Source: Verrucomicrobiia bacterium (GTDB taxonomy: Bacteria > Verrucomicrobiota > Verrucomicrobiia > Limisphaerales > UBA1319). Taken from it: a DNA stretch of 64,000 nt. The stretch is taken from the NCBI GenBank assembly GCA_963664225.1, contig OY760937.1:4160001-4224000 (forward strand), given 5' to 3'. Positions 54,560-64,000 of this stretch are shown one piece after another. Position numbers and translations under genes: made by a program. The notes below the pieces were generated by a model. It was not told the origin of the DNA and did no database searches. It worked only from the letters and a program-made list of their open reading frames with translations. Within the stretch, counting starts at the first letter, position 1. Each line of letters begins with the position of its first letter.

Positions 54560-55822
54560 ATGTACCGCGTCTCACGTCTTGAAAACGGCCTGGTCGTCGC
54601 CACGGGGGAAATGTCGCACATGGCCAGTGTGAGCATGGGCATCTGGGTTGGGGTGGGGGGGCGCCACGAGCCGGCGCCCTTGTGCGGTGTGTCCCATTTC
54701 ATCGAGCACCTGCTTTTCAAGGGAACGCGCAAGCGTTCCGCCCGCCGCATTTCCCAGGAGGTCGAGGGCATTGGTGGCGACCTCAACGCCTATACCAGCG
54801 AGGAGAATACCTGTTTTTTTTCCAAGGGCTGCCATGACCGTTTTGATACCCTGCTGGATGTGATGATGGATATGGTCCTGCATTCGAAGTTCGATCCGGT
54901 CGAGATCGAGAAGGAGCGCATGGTCATCAAGGAGGAATTGGCGATGTATCTCGACCAACCCCAGCAGCATGTGCTGGAAATCCTCAATGAAATCACCTGG
55001 CCGGATCATCCGCTGGGCCGGTCGATCACCGGCACGGAAGCCACGGTGGCGGCCATGCAACGCGCCGATCTTTTGAGCTACCTCAAGACCCATTACGTGG
55101 CGGGAAACACGCTTGTCACGGTTACAGGTCGCTGCCGCCATGAGGATGTCGTCCAGGCTGTAAAACAATACGCGCCGCATTTTGCGGCAGGCACGACGCA
55201 GCCATTCGAGCCCGCGGTGAACGCGCAAAAAGCGCCGCGTTTACGCTTGTTTACCAAACAGACCGAGCAAACCCAGTTCGCCCTGGGCGTGCGCACTTGT
55301 TCGCGCCATGACCCCCGCCGTTACGCGTTGAGAATGCTCAACACCATACTTGGCGAGAACATGAGCTCGCGCCTCTTTCAAGTCATTCGTGAGGATCGCG
55401 GCCTGGCCTATTCCATCGGCAGTTCGCTGGGCTTTTTTGAGGATACGGGCACCCTGACCATCGCGGCCGGACTGGACGACAAGAATCTCCAACCCACCCT
55501 CAAGCTGGTGATGAAGGAATGCAGGAAAATGACCGAGCGCGCGCCCACAAAATCCGAGGTGCAGCGCGGTTGCGATTATCTCATCGGGCAAATGGAATTG
55601 AGCCTGGAGAGCACCACCAACCAGATGATGTGGATTGGCGAGCAATGGCTGGGATACGGTCGGATACTGCCATCGGAAAAGATCAAGGATCGCATTTCCG
55701 CGGTCACACCCGCGCAGGTCCGCCAGGTGGCGCGTGATTTTCTGCGGCCCGAGAATCTCTGTCTGGCCCTGGTAAGCCCCATCAAATCCAATCGCGGCCT
55801 GATCCCTATATTGACCGATTAA
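54560..55822 (+). CDS. M16 (pitrilysin-like) zinc peptidase
   Basis: HFIEH inverted zincin motif, NAYTS, ER.VIKEE and SSRLFQVIREDRGLAY. Confidence 0.92.
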   Translation: MYRVSRLENGLVVATGEMSHMASVSMGIWVGVGGRHEPAPLCGVSHFIEHLLFKGTRKRSARRISQEVEGIGGDLNAYTSEENTCFFSKGCHDRFDTLLDVMMDMVLHSKFDPVEIEKERMVIKEELAMYLDQPQQHVLEILNEITWPDHPLGRSITGTEATVAAMQRADLLSYLKTHYVAGNTLVTVTGRCRHEDVVQAVKQYAPHFAAGTTQPFEPAVNAQKAPRLRLFTKQTEQTQFALGVRTCSRHDPRRYALRMLNTILGENMSSRLFQVIREDRGLAYSIGSSLGFFEDTGTLTIAAGLDDKNLQPTLKLVMKECRKMTERAPTKSEVQRGCDYLIGQMELSLESTTNQMMWIGEQWLGYGRILPSEKIKDRISAVTPAQVRQVARDFLRPENLCLALVSPIKSNRGLIPILTD

Positions 55823-55828
55823 CGCCCG

Positions 55829-56902
55829 TTAATCCCTGGCGGTCTCGGTGTCTGGATAGGAACCGAGAACCTTCACGAAGTTGCAGCTCTTGTGAAGTTC
55901 TTCGATGGCCTTGGCCACTTTGGGGTCCTTGAAATGGCCGTCGCAATCCACAAAAAAGAAGTACTCCCAGGCCTTGCGTTTGCTGGGGCGGGATTCGATG
56001 CGCGTCATGTTCAGGCGATGTCTGCGGAAGGGCGCGAGCGATTCATGGAGCGCACCCACCTTATCCACGATGCTGAACATGACACTGGTGCGGTCGCGGC
56101 CTGTGGGCGGGCTGCACACGCGGCCCAAAACCAGAAACCGGGTCACGTTATGGGCGCTGTCCTGAATATCGCATTCAATGACGGGCATCTTGTAACGCTC
56201 CGCCGCAAGGGCGCCCGTGATGGCCGCCGAGTGCTTTTCATCTCCGATCATTTCCACGGCGCGGGAGTTCGACGCGGCCTCGATGATTTCCACATCCGGC
56301 AAATGCAGTCGCACCCAATTGCGGCATTGGGCCAGGGCCTGTGGATGGCAGTATAGTTTCTTGAGGGTTTTAGCCGTTCCCCGGCCTGCCAGACAAAATT
56401 GAATCGGGAGAATGATCTGCGAAACCACTTTGAGGTCGCTCTCAACGAACATGTCCAGGGTGTGGGTTACAACGCCCTCGGTGGAATTTTCCACGGGCAC
56501 GACACCGTAATCCGCCCGCAACTTGCTGACGTCCAGAAAAACATCGGCAACGGTTTTTTGGGACGCGTAGCGAAGGCTCGCCCCAAAGCGCTGTATCGCC
56601 GCCTGGTGCGTGAAGGTGGCCTCCGGCCCCAGATAGGCGATGGTCTGGGTTTTCTGAAGGGCGATCGCGCTGGACATGACCTCGCGGTAGATCGCATGGA
56701 GACCCTCTGCGGTGATGGGGCCCGGATTGAGTTTCTGCAACCGCTCAAATACCGCGATCTCCCGGTGCGGCGCGTAAATTTCCTGACCTGCGGCGATCTT
56801 TAACTCGCCAATCGCCAGCACATGCTGGGTGCGCTCGTTGAGCAGGCGCACGATTTGTGCATCCAATTGGTCGATCGCTTTGCGATGCTCGGTAAGGCTC
56901 AT
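55829..56902 (-). CDS. pheA: Bifunctional chorismate mutase / prephenate dehydratase
   Basis: RKAIDQLD...LLNER, AYLGPEATFT, VPVENSTEG, HPQALAQC, NVTRFLV and TRIESRP motifs. Confidence 0.96.
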   Translation of the reverse strand: MSLTEHRKAIDQLDAQIVRLLNERTQHVLAIGELKIAAGQEIYAPHREIAVFERLQKLNPGPITAEGLHAIYREVMSSAIALQKTQTIAYLGPEATFTHQAAIQRFGASLRYASQKTVADVFLDVSKLRADYGVVPVENSTEGVVTHTLDMFVESDLKVVSQIILPIQFCLAGRGTAKTLKKLYCHPQALAQCRNWVRLHLPDVEIIEAASNSRAVEMIGDEKHSAAITGALAAERYKMPVIECDIQDSAHNVTRFLVLGRVCSPPTGRDRTSVMFSIVDKVGALHESLAPFRRHRLNMTRIESRPSKRKAWEYFFFVDCDGHFKDPKVAKAIEELHKSCNFVKVLGSYPDTETARD

Positions 56903-56926
56903 GGGATGTTCAATAAGGGATCGTTG

Positions 56927-57721
56927 TTATGAATTCTTCTCGTCGATCTCGGGCGCAGGCGTGATTCCTGTTTCGGCCTCAGGCTCGGGTGATTCCACCG
57001 GGGCTGGATCGGTTTCTGGAGCCTGGGGCGGTTCCGGAGTGGCCGCGGCTTCCCCGGCGGAAACTTCGGTGGTGGTCGGCGTGAACAACTCTGGCTGCGG
57101 CACGGTGGCTAGATTCGCATCCACGGTCGCCAGGGACGGCGGACGCTCCACCACAATCCGGCGCAACTCATCCGCCGCCGGCAAATCATCCAAAGCGCTC
57201 AGGCCGAAATATTCCAGGAACGCCGTCGTCGTTCCGTAGGTCGAGGGTCTTCCAATGACATCCGCCCGTCCCATCGATATCACAAGACCGCGTTCGATGA
57301 GCGTTTGCATCACGCCATCCACGGAGACGCCGCGAATTTGTTCGATCTCGGCGCGGGTCATCGGCTGCCGGTAGGCGATGATTGCCAGGGTCTCAAGCGC
57401 GGCCTGGGAAAGACGCGGCGGGCGGGGCTTGAGTCCCAGCAACACGCGAAGCCAGGGGGCGAATTCGGGTTGGGTGACCACCTGCCACGCGCCGGCCACG
57501 CACACGAGGCGGAAGGAGCGTTGCGCGGCTTCGTGCTCGCTCGCGAGACCTTCGAGGGCCATGGTGATCTCGTCCACCGTCACCTTTTTAAAAGGGGCGG
57601 CCACGACGTCTTCGGGCAACTCGCTCTTGGCCGCCGTTACCAGCAGACCGCGCACTTCCACCGCAGTCAACGGTTTCTGCGCATTAAAAAGCAACGCTTC
57701 AAGTATGAATTTGAGTTCCAT
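56927..57721 (-). CDS. scpB: SMC-Scp complex subunit ScpB
   Basis: ILEALLF, LSQAALETLAIIAYRQP.TRAEIEQIRGV and YGTT..FLEYFGL motifs. Confidence 0.95.
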   Translation of the reverse strand: MELKFILEALLFNAQKPLTAVEVRGLLVTAAKSELPEDVVAAPFKKVTVDEITMALEGLASEHEAAQRSFRLVCVAGAWQVVTQPEFAPWLRVLLGLKPRPPRLSQAALETLAIIAYRQPMTRAEIEQIRGVSVDGVMQTLIERGLVISMGRADVIGRPSTYGTTTAFLEYFGLSALDDLPAADELRRIVVERPPSLATVDANLATVPQPELFTPTTTEVSAGEAAATPEPPQAPETDPAPVESPEPEAETGITPAPEIDEKNS

Positions 57722-57726
57722 GCAAA

Positions 57727-58596
57727 TTAAGACGCGGGGGGTTCTGTGGGTTCCTCAATCCCCGGAGTTTCGGCCGCCACCGGAGTTTCAGACGTGACTG
57801 GAGATTCAGCGGTTGGTTCAACCGATTTCGTTGGCGCTTCGTTGGTGAATTGCGCGGTTTTAACCTCAGGCGGACGGGCCTGGATTTCGATTTCGCCGAA
57901 GGCCTCGGATTGCGCGCACATCAGGACTTTGAGCCGGATCAATTCGAGCATCGCCAGAAATGTGGCCACCACCTCCGACCGGCTGCGCGAGGACATGAAC
58001 AATTCCGAAAAACGGACCGCCGGGCGGCTCGTGATCAAATCCCGCAGATAGGCGATCTTCTCGCTCACCGGCCATTTGTCCTCGGATATGGTCCCAACAT
58101 CTCCCCGTTCCTGATGACGCTTGAGAACGGCGCTCACCGCGTTGATCAGATCGAAAAGCGAAACCTCCGGTTTGCCGGGCGTTTCCGGCTCGGCCAATTC
58201 CGCCCTGGCGGGAATGCGCGTGTAAATATTCTCCTGACGGGCCTCCCGCTCCTGGAACACCGCCGCCATGTCCTTGAATTTCTTGTATTCGACCAATTGG
58301 CGGATCAGGTCCCAGCGCGGATCCATGGCATCCTCGTCCTCACCCTCCACGGCCACCTGGCGCTCCACCGGCAGCAACTCCCGGCTTTTGATGTACATGA
58401 GCGTGGCGGCCATGACGAGAAACTCGCCAGCCACTTCCAGGTCAAGCTGGCGCATCATTTCCACGTGTTCAATGAACTGCGTGGCGATCTTCGTCAGGTT
58501 GACTTCATAAATGTCCACCTCCTCCTTCTTGATCAAATAAAGAAGGAGATCGAGCGGGCCTTCAAACACTTCGAGTTGGACCTTATATTCGACCAT
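57727..58596 (-). CDS. scpA: Segregation and condensation protein ScpA
   Basis: FEGPLDLLLYLI, EFLVMAATL.YIKSR.LLP and VVATFLAMLEL motifs. Confidence 0.95.
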   Translation of the reverse strand: MVEYKVQLEVFEGPLDLLLYLIKKEEVDIYEVNLTKIATQFIEHVEMMRQLDLEVAGEFLVMAATLMYIKSRELLPVERQVAVEGEDEDAMDPRWDLIRQLVEYKKFKDMAAVFQEREARQENIYTRIPARAELAEPETPGKPEVSLFDLINAVSAVLKRHQERGDVGTISEDKWPVSEKIAYLRDLITSRPAVRFSELFMSSRSRSEVVATFLAMLELIRLKVLMCAQSEAFGEIEIQARPPEVKTAQFTNEAPTKSVEPTAESPVTSETPVAAETPGIEEPTEPPAS

Positions 58597-58858
58597 GTCG
58601 CGCCCATCATCCTAAGCCCAGCCCCGCACCCTTGGCAACGGCAGAACGCAGGTGGAAAATGAGCCTGAACGACGTTTGTTTTTGGGATGGAAGGGCAGGA
58701 TCGACCATTGGATTACCGGATTTGGTCAACGCCGCTGGCATTGGCGGGTGTAATAACACGACTTTGCTGGCCGAACATCAGGATTGGGAATAACCCCTTT
58801 CTCCACTTACGACTTTACGGCTTGCAATCTGGTGCCTATGTGACACTAAATGTTCATC

Positions 58859-61800
58859 ATGAACAGAATATCCGCGGTTATTCTGCGGCCTATCGCTCCG
58901 CTGGGCTGCCTTGATAAATTCCGATCCCCTGCAGTCTCTGGCTGGTTCGCATTCGCAATGCTGTTTGTGTTGGCAGGGTTGCTCACATCGGGGAGGGCTG
59001 ACACGCTTGGCGATTTCACCTGCTCGACAGACTCCTCATCCGCCACCATCACTGGCTACACCGGACCCGGCGGCGATGTTGTCATTCCGGACACCATTCT
59101 GAACAAACCCGTTTTTGCCATCGGGACCAATGCGTTCAAGGGTTGCATCAGCCTGACGAATGTCACATTACCCAACCAGGTCCGCAGGATCCAGGATTCA
59201 GCATTTGCAGGATGCACCGGACTGACGAGCATCACGATCCCCAACACCGTCTCCCAGATTGAAATTGCGGCATTCAGTAATTGCTCGAATCTGACAAGTG
59301 TCTATTTCGATGGGAACGCACCCACGCAACTCTATTCGAGCACTCCGTTTGCCAACTCGGATCTGGTGACCGTTTATTATTACGCTCGAATGACCGGTTG
59401 GAAATCGACTTACGGCGGCCGACCGACAGCGACGCGGATTGATCCCAATGCCAGCGATTACCAAATCATGCCAGTGGCTTCATTCAAGGCCAGCATAACC
59501 AGTTACACGGGTTCCAACTCAGTCGTGACGATCCCGAATACCATCAACGGCATGACGATCATCGGAATTGGAGACGAGGCCTTCTATATGCGCGCTCTAT
59601 TGAAAAGCGTCATAATTCCTCCCGGAGTCACGGCCATTGGGGTCAGGGCGTTTGCCGGATGCAGCGGATTGACGAACCTTTCCATTCCCAACAGTGTGGC
59701 CAGAATTGGAAATGAGGCTTTCTCGGGATGCCAAGGCCTTAAGGAAGTAACGATGCCCAGCAACCTTGCCAGCATCCCTGAACTTACATTCGAAAATTGC
59801 CGGGGTCTGGGGAGCATTGTCATTCCCAATAGAGTGACGAATATTGCGAACTGGGCCTTCATAAATTGCATTGGCATTACCAATGTCACCATCCCTGACA
59901 GCGTCATCGAAATCGCAGGTGCCGCCTTCGAAAACTGCAGCGGTCTGACCAGCATCACGATTCCAAGCAGCATCACCAGCATCAGGAATTCCACATTCTA
60001 TCAATGTACAGGACTGACCAATGCCATACTCCCTGGCAGTGTTACCAACATTCAAACTTATGCTTTTTATGGGTGCAGGAATCTGACCAGTCTCACAATT
60101 CCAAACAGTGTCACCAGTATTGGTAATTCTGCCTTTTTTGGCTGCAGCAGTCTGACATCGTTGGCGATTCCAGATGGCGTTACAACCATCGAGAATTACG
60201 CGTTCAGTGGCTGTTCTGGCATGACGAATATCACCATTCCCAACAGCGTGACGAATATCGGTATTGAAGCGCTCAAGCAAAATCGCAATCTCATGCACAT
60301 TGTCATCCCCAGCAACGTCGTTGCCATCGGTGCTGGTGCGTTCTCTGGATGTGCGAGTCTGACGAGCATTGCTCTATCCGGGAATATCGCCGAAATCGGA
60401 GCAGGGGCCTTTGAGGATTGCAGTAGTCTGGGAACGATTGCGGTGCACACGAACAATGCAGCGTTCAGCAGCTTGGAGGGCGCATTATTCAACAAGAATC
60501 AGACAATTCTTATTCGAGGCCCGGGAGGCTCGACTGGAACCTATGCGATACCAGGCAGCGTCACCAATATAGCGGCTTATGCGTTCTCAGGTTGCACCGG
60601 CCTGACTAATATTACCATTCCCACAAGCGTGACGAGCATTGGTAATAACGCGTTCAAAGGATGCACTGGCCTGGGTGGCGTTGACATTCCCAATAGCGTA
60701 ACGAGCATTGGGTCTGGCGCTTTCGAAGACTGCACAGGCTTGACGAGCATCGCCATCCCCGACAGTGTCACCAGCATCAGTGTGAACGCATTCTGGAATT
60801 GCACCAACCTGACCGCAATCAGTGTGGGTGATCTCAATACAAATTACGCCAGCATCGATGGCGTGGTGTTCAATAAAGATACGACGACATTGATTGAGTA
60901 TCCACCAGGCAGGATTGGCGATTACATTATTCCCAATGGTGTCACCAGCGTTGGCTCTCTCGCATTTGGCTCTTGCGGAGTTTTGACAAGCGTCATCATT
61001 CCTGAAAGTGTCGTCAAAATCCCGTCGTCAGCATTTTCTAGATGCACCGGGCTGACGGCAATCAATGTGGATCCACACAATCCCGCTTATTCCAGCATTG
61101 ATGGTGTGCTATTCGATAAAACCATGACAACGCTCATTCAATACCCACCCGGCAGGCATGGCCGCTATATTGTCCCAAACGGTGTGACCAACCTTGGGAA
61201 TGATGCTTTCAATTATTGTATTAACCTGACGAGCATCGGCATTCCCGAAAGCGTCCGTGGGATGGGATATTTTGTGTTTGCATATTGCGCCGGCTTGACG
61301 AGCGTCACTCTTCCCAATGGCATCACCAACATCGGACATTATGCATTCACGCAATGCACGGCTTTGACTAACATCACGATTCCCAAAAGTGTTACGTCCA
61401 TTGGGATATATGCCTTCTCTGGTAGCACTGCCCTGACGGACGTTTATTTTGAAGGTAAGCCGCCACAATCACCCCCAATATTGCTGTTCGAGAACGTACC
61501 CAACGTAACAGTGTATTACCGCGGTGGAACGACCGGCTGGGAACCAGCTTTAGAAAATCAACCGACCGCCCTATGGATCGAATCGGCTCCCTATCTGGCA
61601 TGGGCGCAGGCGGCAGGGTTGCTAAGGAAGTTCCCCAAGGCCAGCGCGGAAACTGACGATGCCGATCAGGACGGCATGAGCAACCTGGCCGAGATGCAGG
61701 CGGGCACCGATCCCACCATGGCAACGTCGGCATTGATATTTGATCGCGCACCCCGATTCGCTGACCTGACCGACGATGACAAAACCGCAGTCGGATCCGA

Positions 61801-61978
61801 CCAACACGCGCTGTATTTCCAATCCGTGCCTGGCAAACAATACAAGATCGAAAGCGTGAGCGCATTCGGTGTTACGTGGCAGACAGAAAACGCCGTCACC
61901 GCCACGACTTCTCAAAAGCGTGTTCTCGTCACAAAACCGCTCGATCAGCGATTTTATCGCGTGGCTCTGGTGCCATAG
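58859..61978 (+). CDS. BspA-type leucine-rich repeat (LRR_5) surface protein
   Basis: Signal peptide; many LTSITIPNSVTSIG..AF.GC repeats; YSSIDGVLF.K insert modules; DADQDGMSN..E...GTDP Ca-binding-like motif; ends RFYRVALVP. Confidence 0.93.
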   Translation: MNRISAVILRPIAPLGCLDKFRSPAVSGWFAFAMLFVLAGLLTSGRADTLGDFTCSTDSSSATITGYTGPGGDVVIPDTILNKPVFAIGTNAFKGCISLTNVTLPNQVRRIQDSAFAGCTGLTSITIPNTVSQIEIAAFSNCSNLTSVYFDGNAPTQLYSSTPFANSDLVTVYYYARMTGWKSTYGGRPTATRIDPNASDYQIMPVASFKASITSYTGSNSVVTIPNTINGMTIIGIGDEAFYMRALLKSVIIPPGVTAIGVRAFAGCSGLTNLSIPNSVARIGNEAFSGCQGLKEVTMPSNLASIPELTFENCRGLGSIVIPNRVTNIANWAFINCIGITNVTIPDSVIEIAGAAFENCSGLTSITIPSSITSIRNSTFYQCTGLTNAILPGSVTNIQTYAFYGCRNLTSLTIPNSVTSIGNSAFFGCSSLTSLAIPDGVTTIENYAFSGCSGMTNITIPNSVTNIGIEALKQNRNLMHIVIPSNVVAIGAGAFSGCASLTSIALSGNIAEIGAGAFEDCSSLGTIAVHTNNAAFSSLEGALFNKNQTILIRGPGGSTGTYAIPGSVTNIAAYAFSGCTGLTNITIPTSVTSIGNNAFKGCTGLGGVDIPNSVTSIGSGAFEDCTGLTSIAIPDSVTSISVNAFWNCTNLTAISVGDLNTNYASIDGVVFNKDTTTLIEYPPGRIGDYIIPNGVTSVGSLAFGSCGVLTSVIIPESVVKIPSSAFSRCTGLTAINVDPHNPAYSSIDGVLFDKTMTTLIQYPPGRHGRYIVPNGVTNLGNDAFNYCINLTSIGIPESVRGMGYFVFAYCAGLTSVTLPNGITNIGHYAFTQCTALTNITIPKSVTSIGIYAFSGSTALTDVYFEGKPPQSPPILLFENVPNVTVYYRGGTTGWEPALENQPTALWIESAPYLAWAQAAGLLRKFPKASAETDDADQDGMSNLAEMQAGTDPTMATSALIFDRAPRFADLTDDDKTAVGSDQHALYFQSVPGKQYKIESVSAFGVTWQTENAVTATTSQKRVLVTKPLDQRFYRVALVP

Positions 61979-62098
61979 AGCGCTGCACATGATGCCGTGG
62001 AGGTAAACTGATGGTCGCCGCCACGGAGAAATGGTATTCCAATTACATCCCTGCTTACTGCTTGCAATCGGGTTGCCAGGTGATATTAACTGTTTGTC

Positions 62099-64000
62099 AT
62101 GAACAGAATATCCATGGTTATTCTGCGGATTGTTTCATGTTCGGATTCCTTTCAGAACACCTGGCACTCCTCGGGTTCGCGATGGAGCTTCCTCACAATA
62201 TGTTTTGCCTTATCGGGATTTGTTTCCACAGGGAAGGCTGAGTGGCAGGGCGATTACGGGTATTCAACAAACGGCCCGACTGTGGCCATTGTGGATTACG
62301 CCGGTCGTGGTGGCAATATTATCGTTCCAAACACCATCCTGGGTAAACAAGTCACCAGCATCGGAGATAATGCGTTCTCCAAACGTTGCAGCCTGACCAG
62401 TATTTCAATCCCAGAAGGTGTTACCAACATCGGGAATTATGCGTTTTCTGGCTGCACCGGTCTGACAAATATTACAATTCCCAACAGCGTCAGCCGCATT
62501 GGGATTTACGCATTCTACAACTGCCACGGTCTGGCAGAAGTCGCAATTCCAAACAACGTCACGGCCATCAGGGATTCTGCATTTTTCGGGTGTGCCGGCC
62601 TGACGAATGTTACGATTCCCAGCGCCGTCACCGCCATTGAGAGGCAGGCATTCTCAGGCTGCAGCAGACTGACGAATATTGCGATACCCACCAATGTCAT
62701 CAGGATCGGAGATTCAGCGTTCAATTACTGCGTTGGCCTCCAAGATATAACGATTCCAAGTAAAGTCGGCATCATCTATTCCTTTGCATTTGCCGGCTGC
62801 ACTGGCCTGACCAATGTTGCAATCTCGAATAGCGCCGCAATCATCTTGTCTTCGGCGTTTACTGGCTGTACCGGCCTGACGGGGTTCACCGTCCCCGCCG
62901 GTGCCTTCACCATTGATTATGGCACATTCTCTGATTGCACCGGTTTGATGAGCGTCGTGATTCCAGACAGCGTCACCAACATCGGGAACCTGGCTTTCTC
63001 TGGTTGCTCCAGCCTGACGAATATTACATTACCCGGCAAGGTGACCGCCATTGGATGGAACGCATTTGCTGCATGCACCAATTTAAGGAACATCACGATT
63101 CCCAACAGCGTCACCAAAATTGCGGATTATGCGTTCATGAACTGCACCAATTTGACAGACTTCATGATTCCCGACAGCGTTACCGCCATTGGGAATGCTA
63201 CGTTTTCTGGCTGCAGTGGTCTGACCGGCATCGACATCCCAAAAGGAGTCACCAGCATCGGGGACGGGACGTTCACAGGTTGTATCGGTCTGACCGACTT
63301 TACGCTCTCCAGCAACGTCACCAGTGTCGGATCCATGACGTTTGCGGGTTGCACCGGATTGACGGCCATTGCAGTGGACGCTCTCAACAGGTATTTTGCC
63401 AGTGTGGACGGCATATTGTTCTCCAGGAACCACACAAAACTCATACAGTTCCCAGCGGGCAGGATTGGGAGCTACGCAATTTCCAATGGCGTCACAGTCC
63501 TGGCAAACGGTGCTTTCAATGGGTGCTCGTATCTGACGGACATCACGATTCCAGCCAGCGTCAGTCTTATTGAGGACTCCGCACTCGCGAACTGCCACAG
63601 TCTGACCAATATCACAGTGGATAACCTCAATCCAATCTATGCCAGCGTGGATGGTGCCCTTTTAAGCAAAGACCTGACACTCCTCATTCAATGTCCAAAC
63701 GGAAAAATCGGGAGTTACGAGATTCCCTCCAGCGTCACCAGCATCGCATTTAATGCGTTTGCCGGTTGCAACCTCCTCACGAATGTCACGATCTCCAGCG
63801 GCAATATTCGGATCGGTTATGCCGGTTTTTTGGAATGCACAGGTTTAACCAGCATCTCAGTGGATCCACTCAACTCGGACTTCACCAGTGTCGATGGTGT
63901 ATTGTTCTCCAAAAATCCGCTAATGCTGATTCAATATCCAAGAGGAAGGAATGGCGGTTACGTGGTCCCCGACAATGTCGTTCGCATCGGCGATAAAGCG
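62099..64000 (+). CDS. Second BspA-type LRR_5 protein, partial (runs off the window end)
   Basis: Manual translation MNRISMVILRIVSCS...GDYGYSTNGPTVAIVDYAGRGGNIIVPNTILGKQVTSIGDNAF...; LRR repeats continue to the window end. It is absent from the ORF track because no stop lies in the window. Confidence 0.9.
   Translation, partial: MNRISMVILRIVSCSDSFQNTWHSSGSRWSFLTICFALSGFVSTGKAEWQGDYGYSTNGPTVAIVDYAGRGGNIIVPNTILGKQVTSIGDNAFSKRCSLTSISIPEGVTNIGNYAFSGCTGLTNITIPNSVSRIGIYAFYNCHGLAEVAIPNNVTAIRDSAFFGCAGLTNVTIPSAVTAIERQAFSGCSRLTNIAIPTNVIRIGDSAFNYCVGLQDITIPSKVGIIYSFAFAGCTGLTNVAISNSAAIILSSAFTGCTGLTGFTVPAGAFTIDYGTFSDCTGLMSVVIPDSVTNIGNLAFSGCSSLTNITLPGKVTAIGWNAFAACTNLRNITIPNSVTKIADYAFMNCTNLTDFMIPDSVTAIGNATFSGCSGLTGIDIPKGVTSIGDGTFTGCIGLTDFTLSSNVTSVGSMTFAGCTGLTAIAVDALNRYFASVDGILFSRNHTKLIQFPAGRIGSYAISNGVTVLANGAFNGCSYLTDITIPASVSLIEDSALANCHSLTNITVDNLNPIYASVDGALLSKDLTLLIQCPNGKIGSYEIPSSVTSIAFNAFAGCNLLTNVTISSGNIRIGYAGFLECTGLTSISVDPLNSDFTSVDGVLFSKNPLMLIQYPRGRNGGYVVPDNVVRIGDKA

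Noticed and set aside
58859..64000. Diversity-generating retroelement acting on the LRR genes
   Set aside because: No reverse transcriptase, and no template/variable repeat pair with adenine-specific differences was seen.

Overview
A gene-dense, GC-rich bacterial chromosome segment. Gene content and protein style suggest Verrucomicrobiota, probably Pedosphaerales/Limisphaerales; this is inference, with no search run. Core blocks are lpxK-lpxL-waaF, dapL, prs-rplY-pth-rpsF-ssb-rplI, argG, tRNA-Pro(TGG) and scpA-scpB-pheA. They are interleaved with carbohydrate genes (beta-helix enzyme, GH29 fucosidase, GT10/GT4/GT2) and accessory modules. The most unusual module is a five-gene operon at 10671-15795: secreted vWA protein, PspA/ESCRT-III homologue, membrane-anchored solute-binding protein fused to an OmpA peptidoglycan-binding domain, ABC permease and ABC ATPase. 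Other notable items: an intact toxin-antitoxin-SecB chaperone (TAC) cassette; a CotH kinase/DUF4956/VTC operon; a ChpT-like pseudo-histidine kinase; a DUF3494 ice-binding protein; tandem BspA-type LRR genes; a shared candidate C-terminal sorting domain; a GTAG-REP tandem array; a decayed AbrB/MazE-type TA pair missed by the ORF track; a hairpin-dense intergenic region; and several apparently leaderless sigma70 promoters. No integrase, transposase, CRISPR array or rRNA was seen. All family calls are by eye from motifs.
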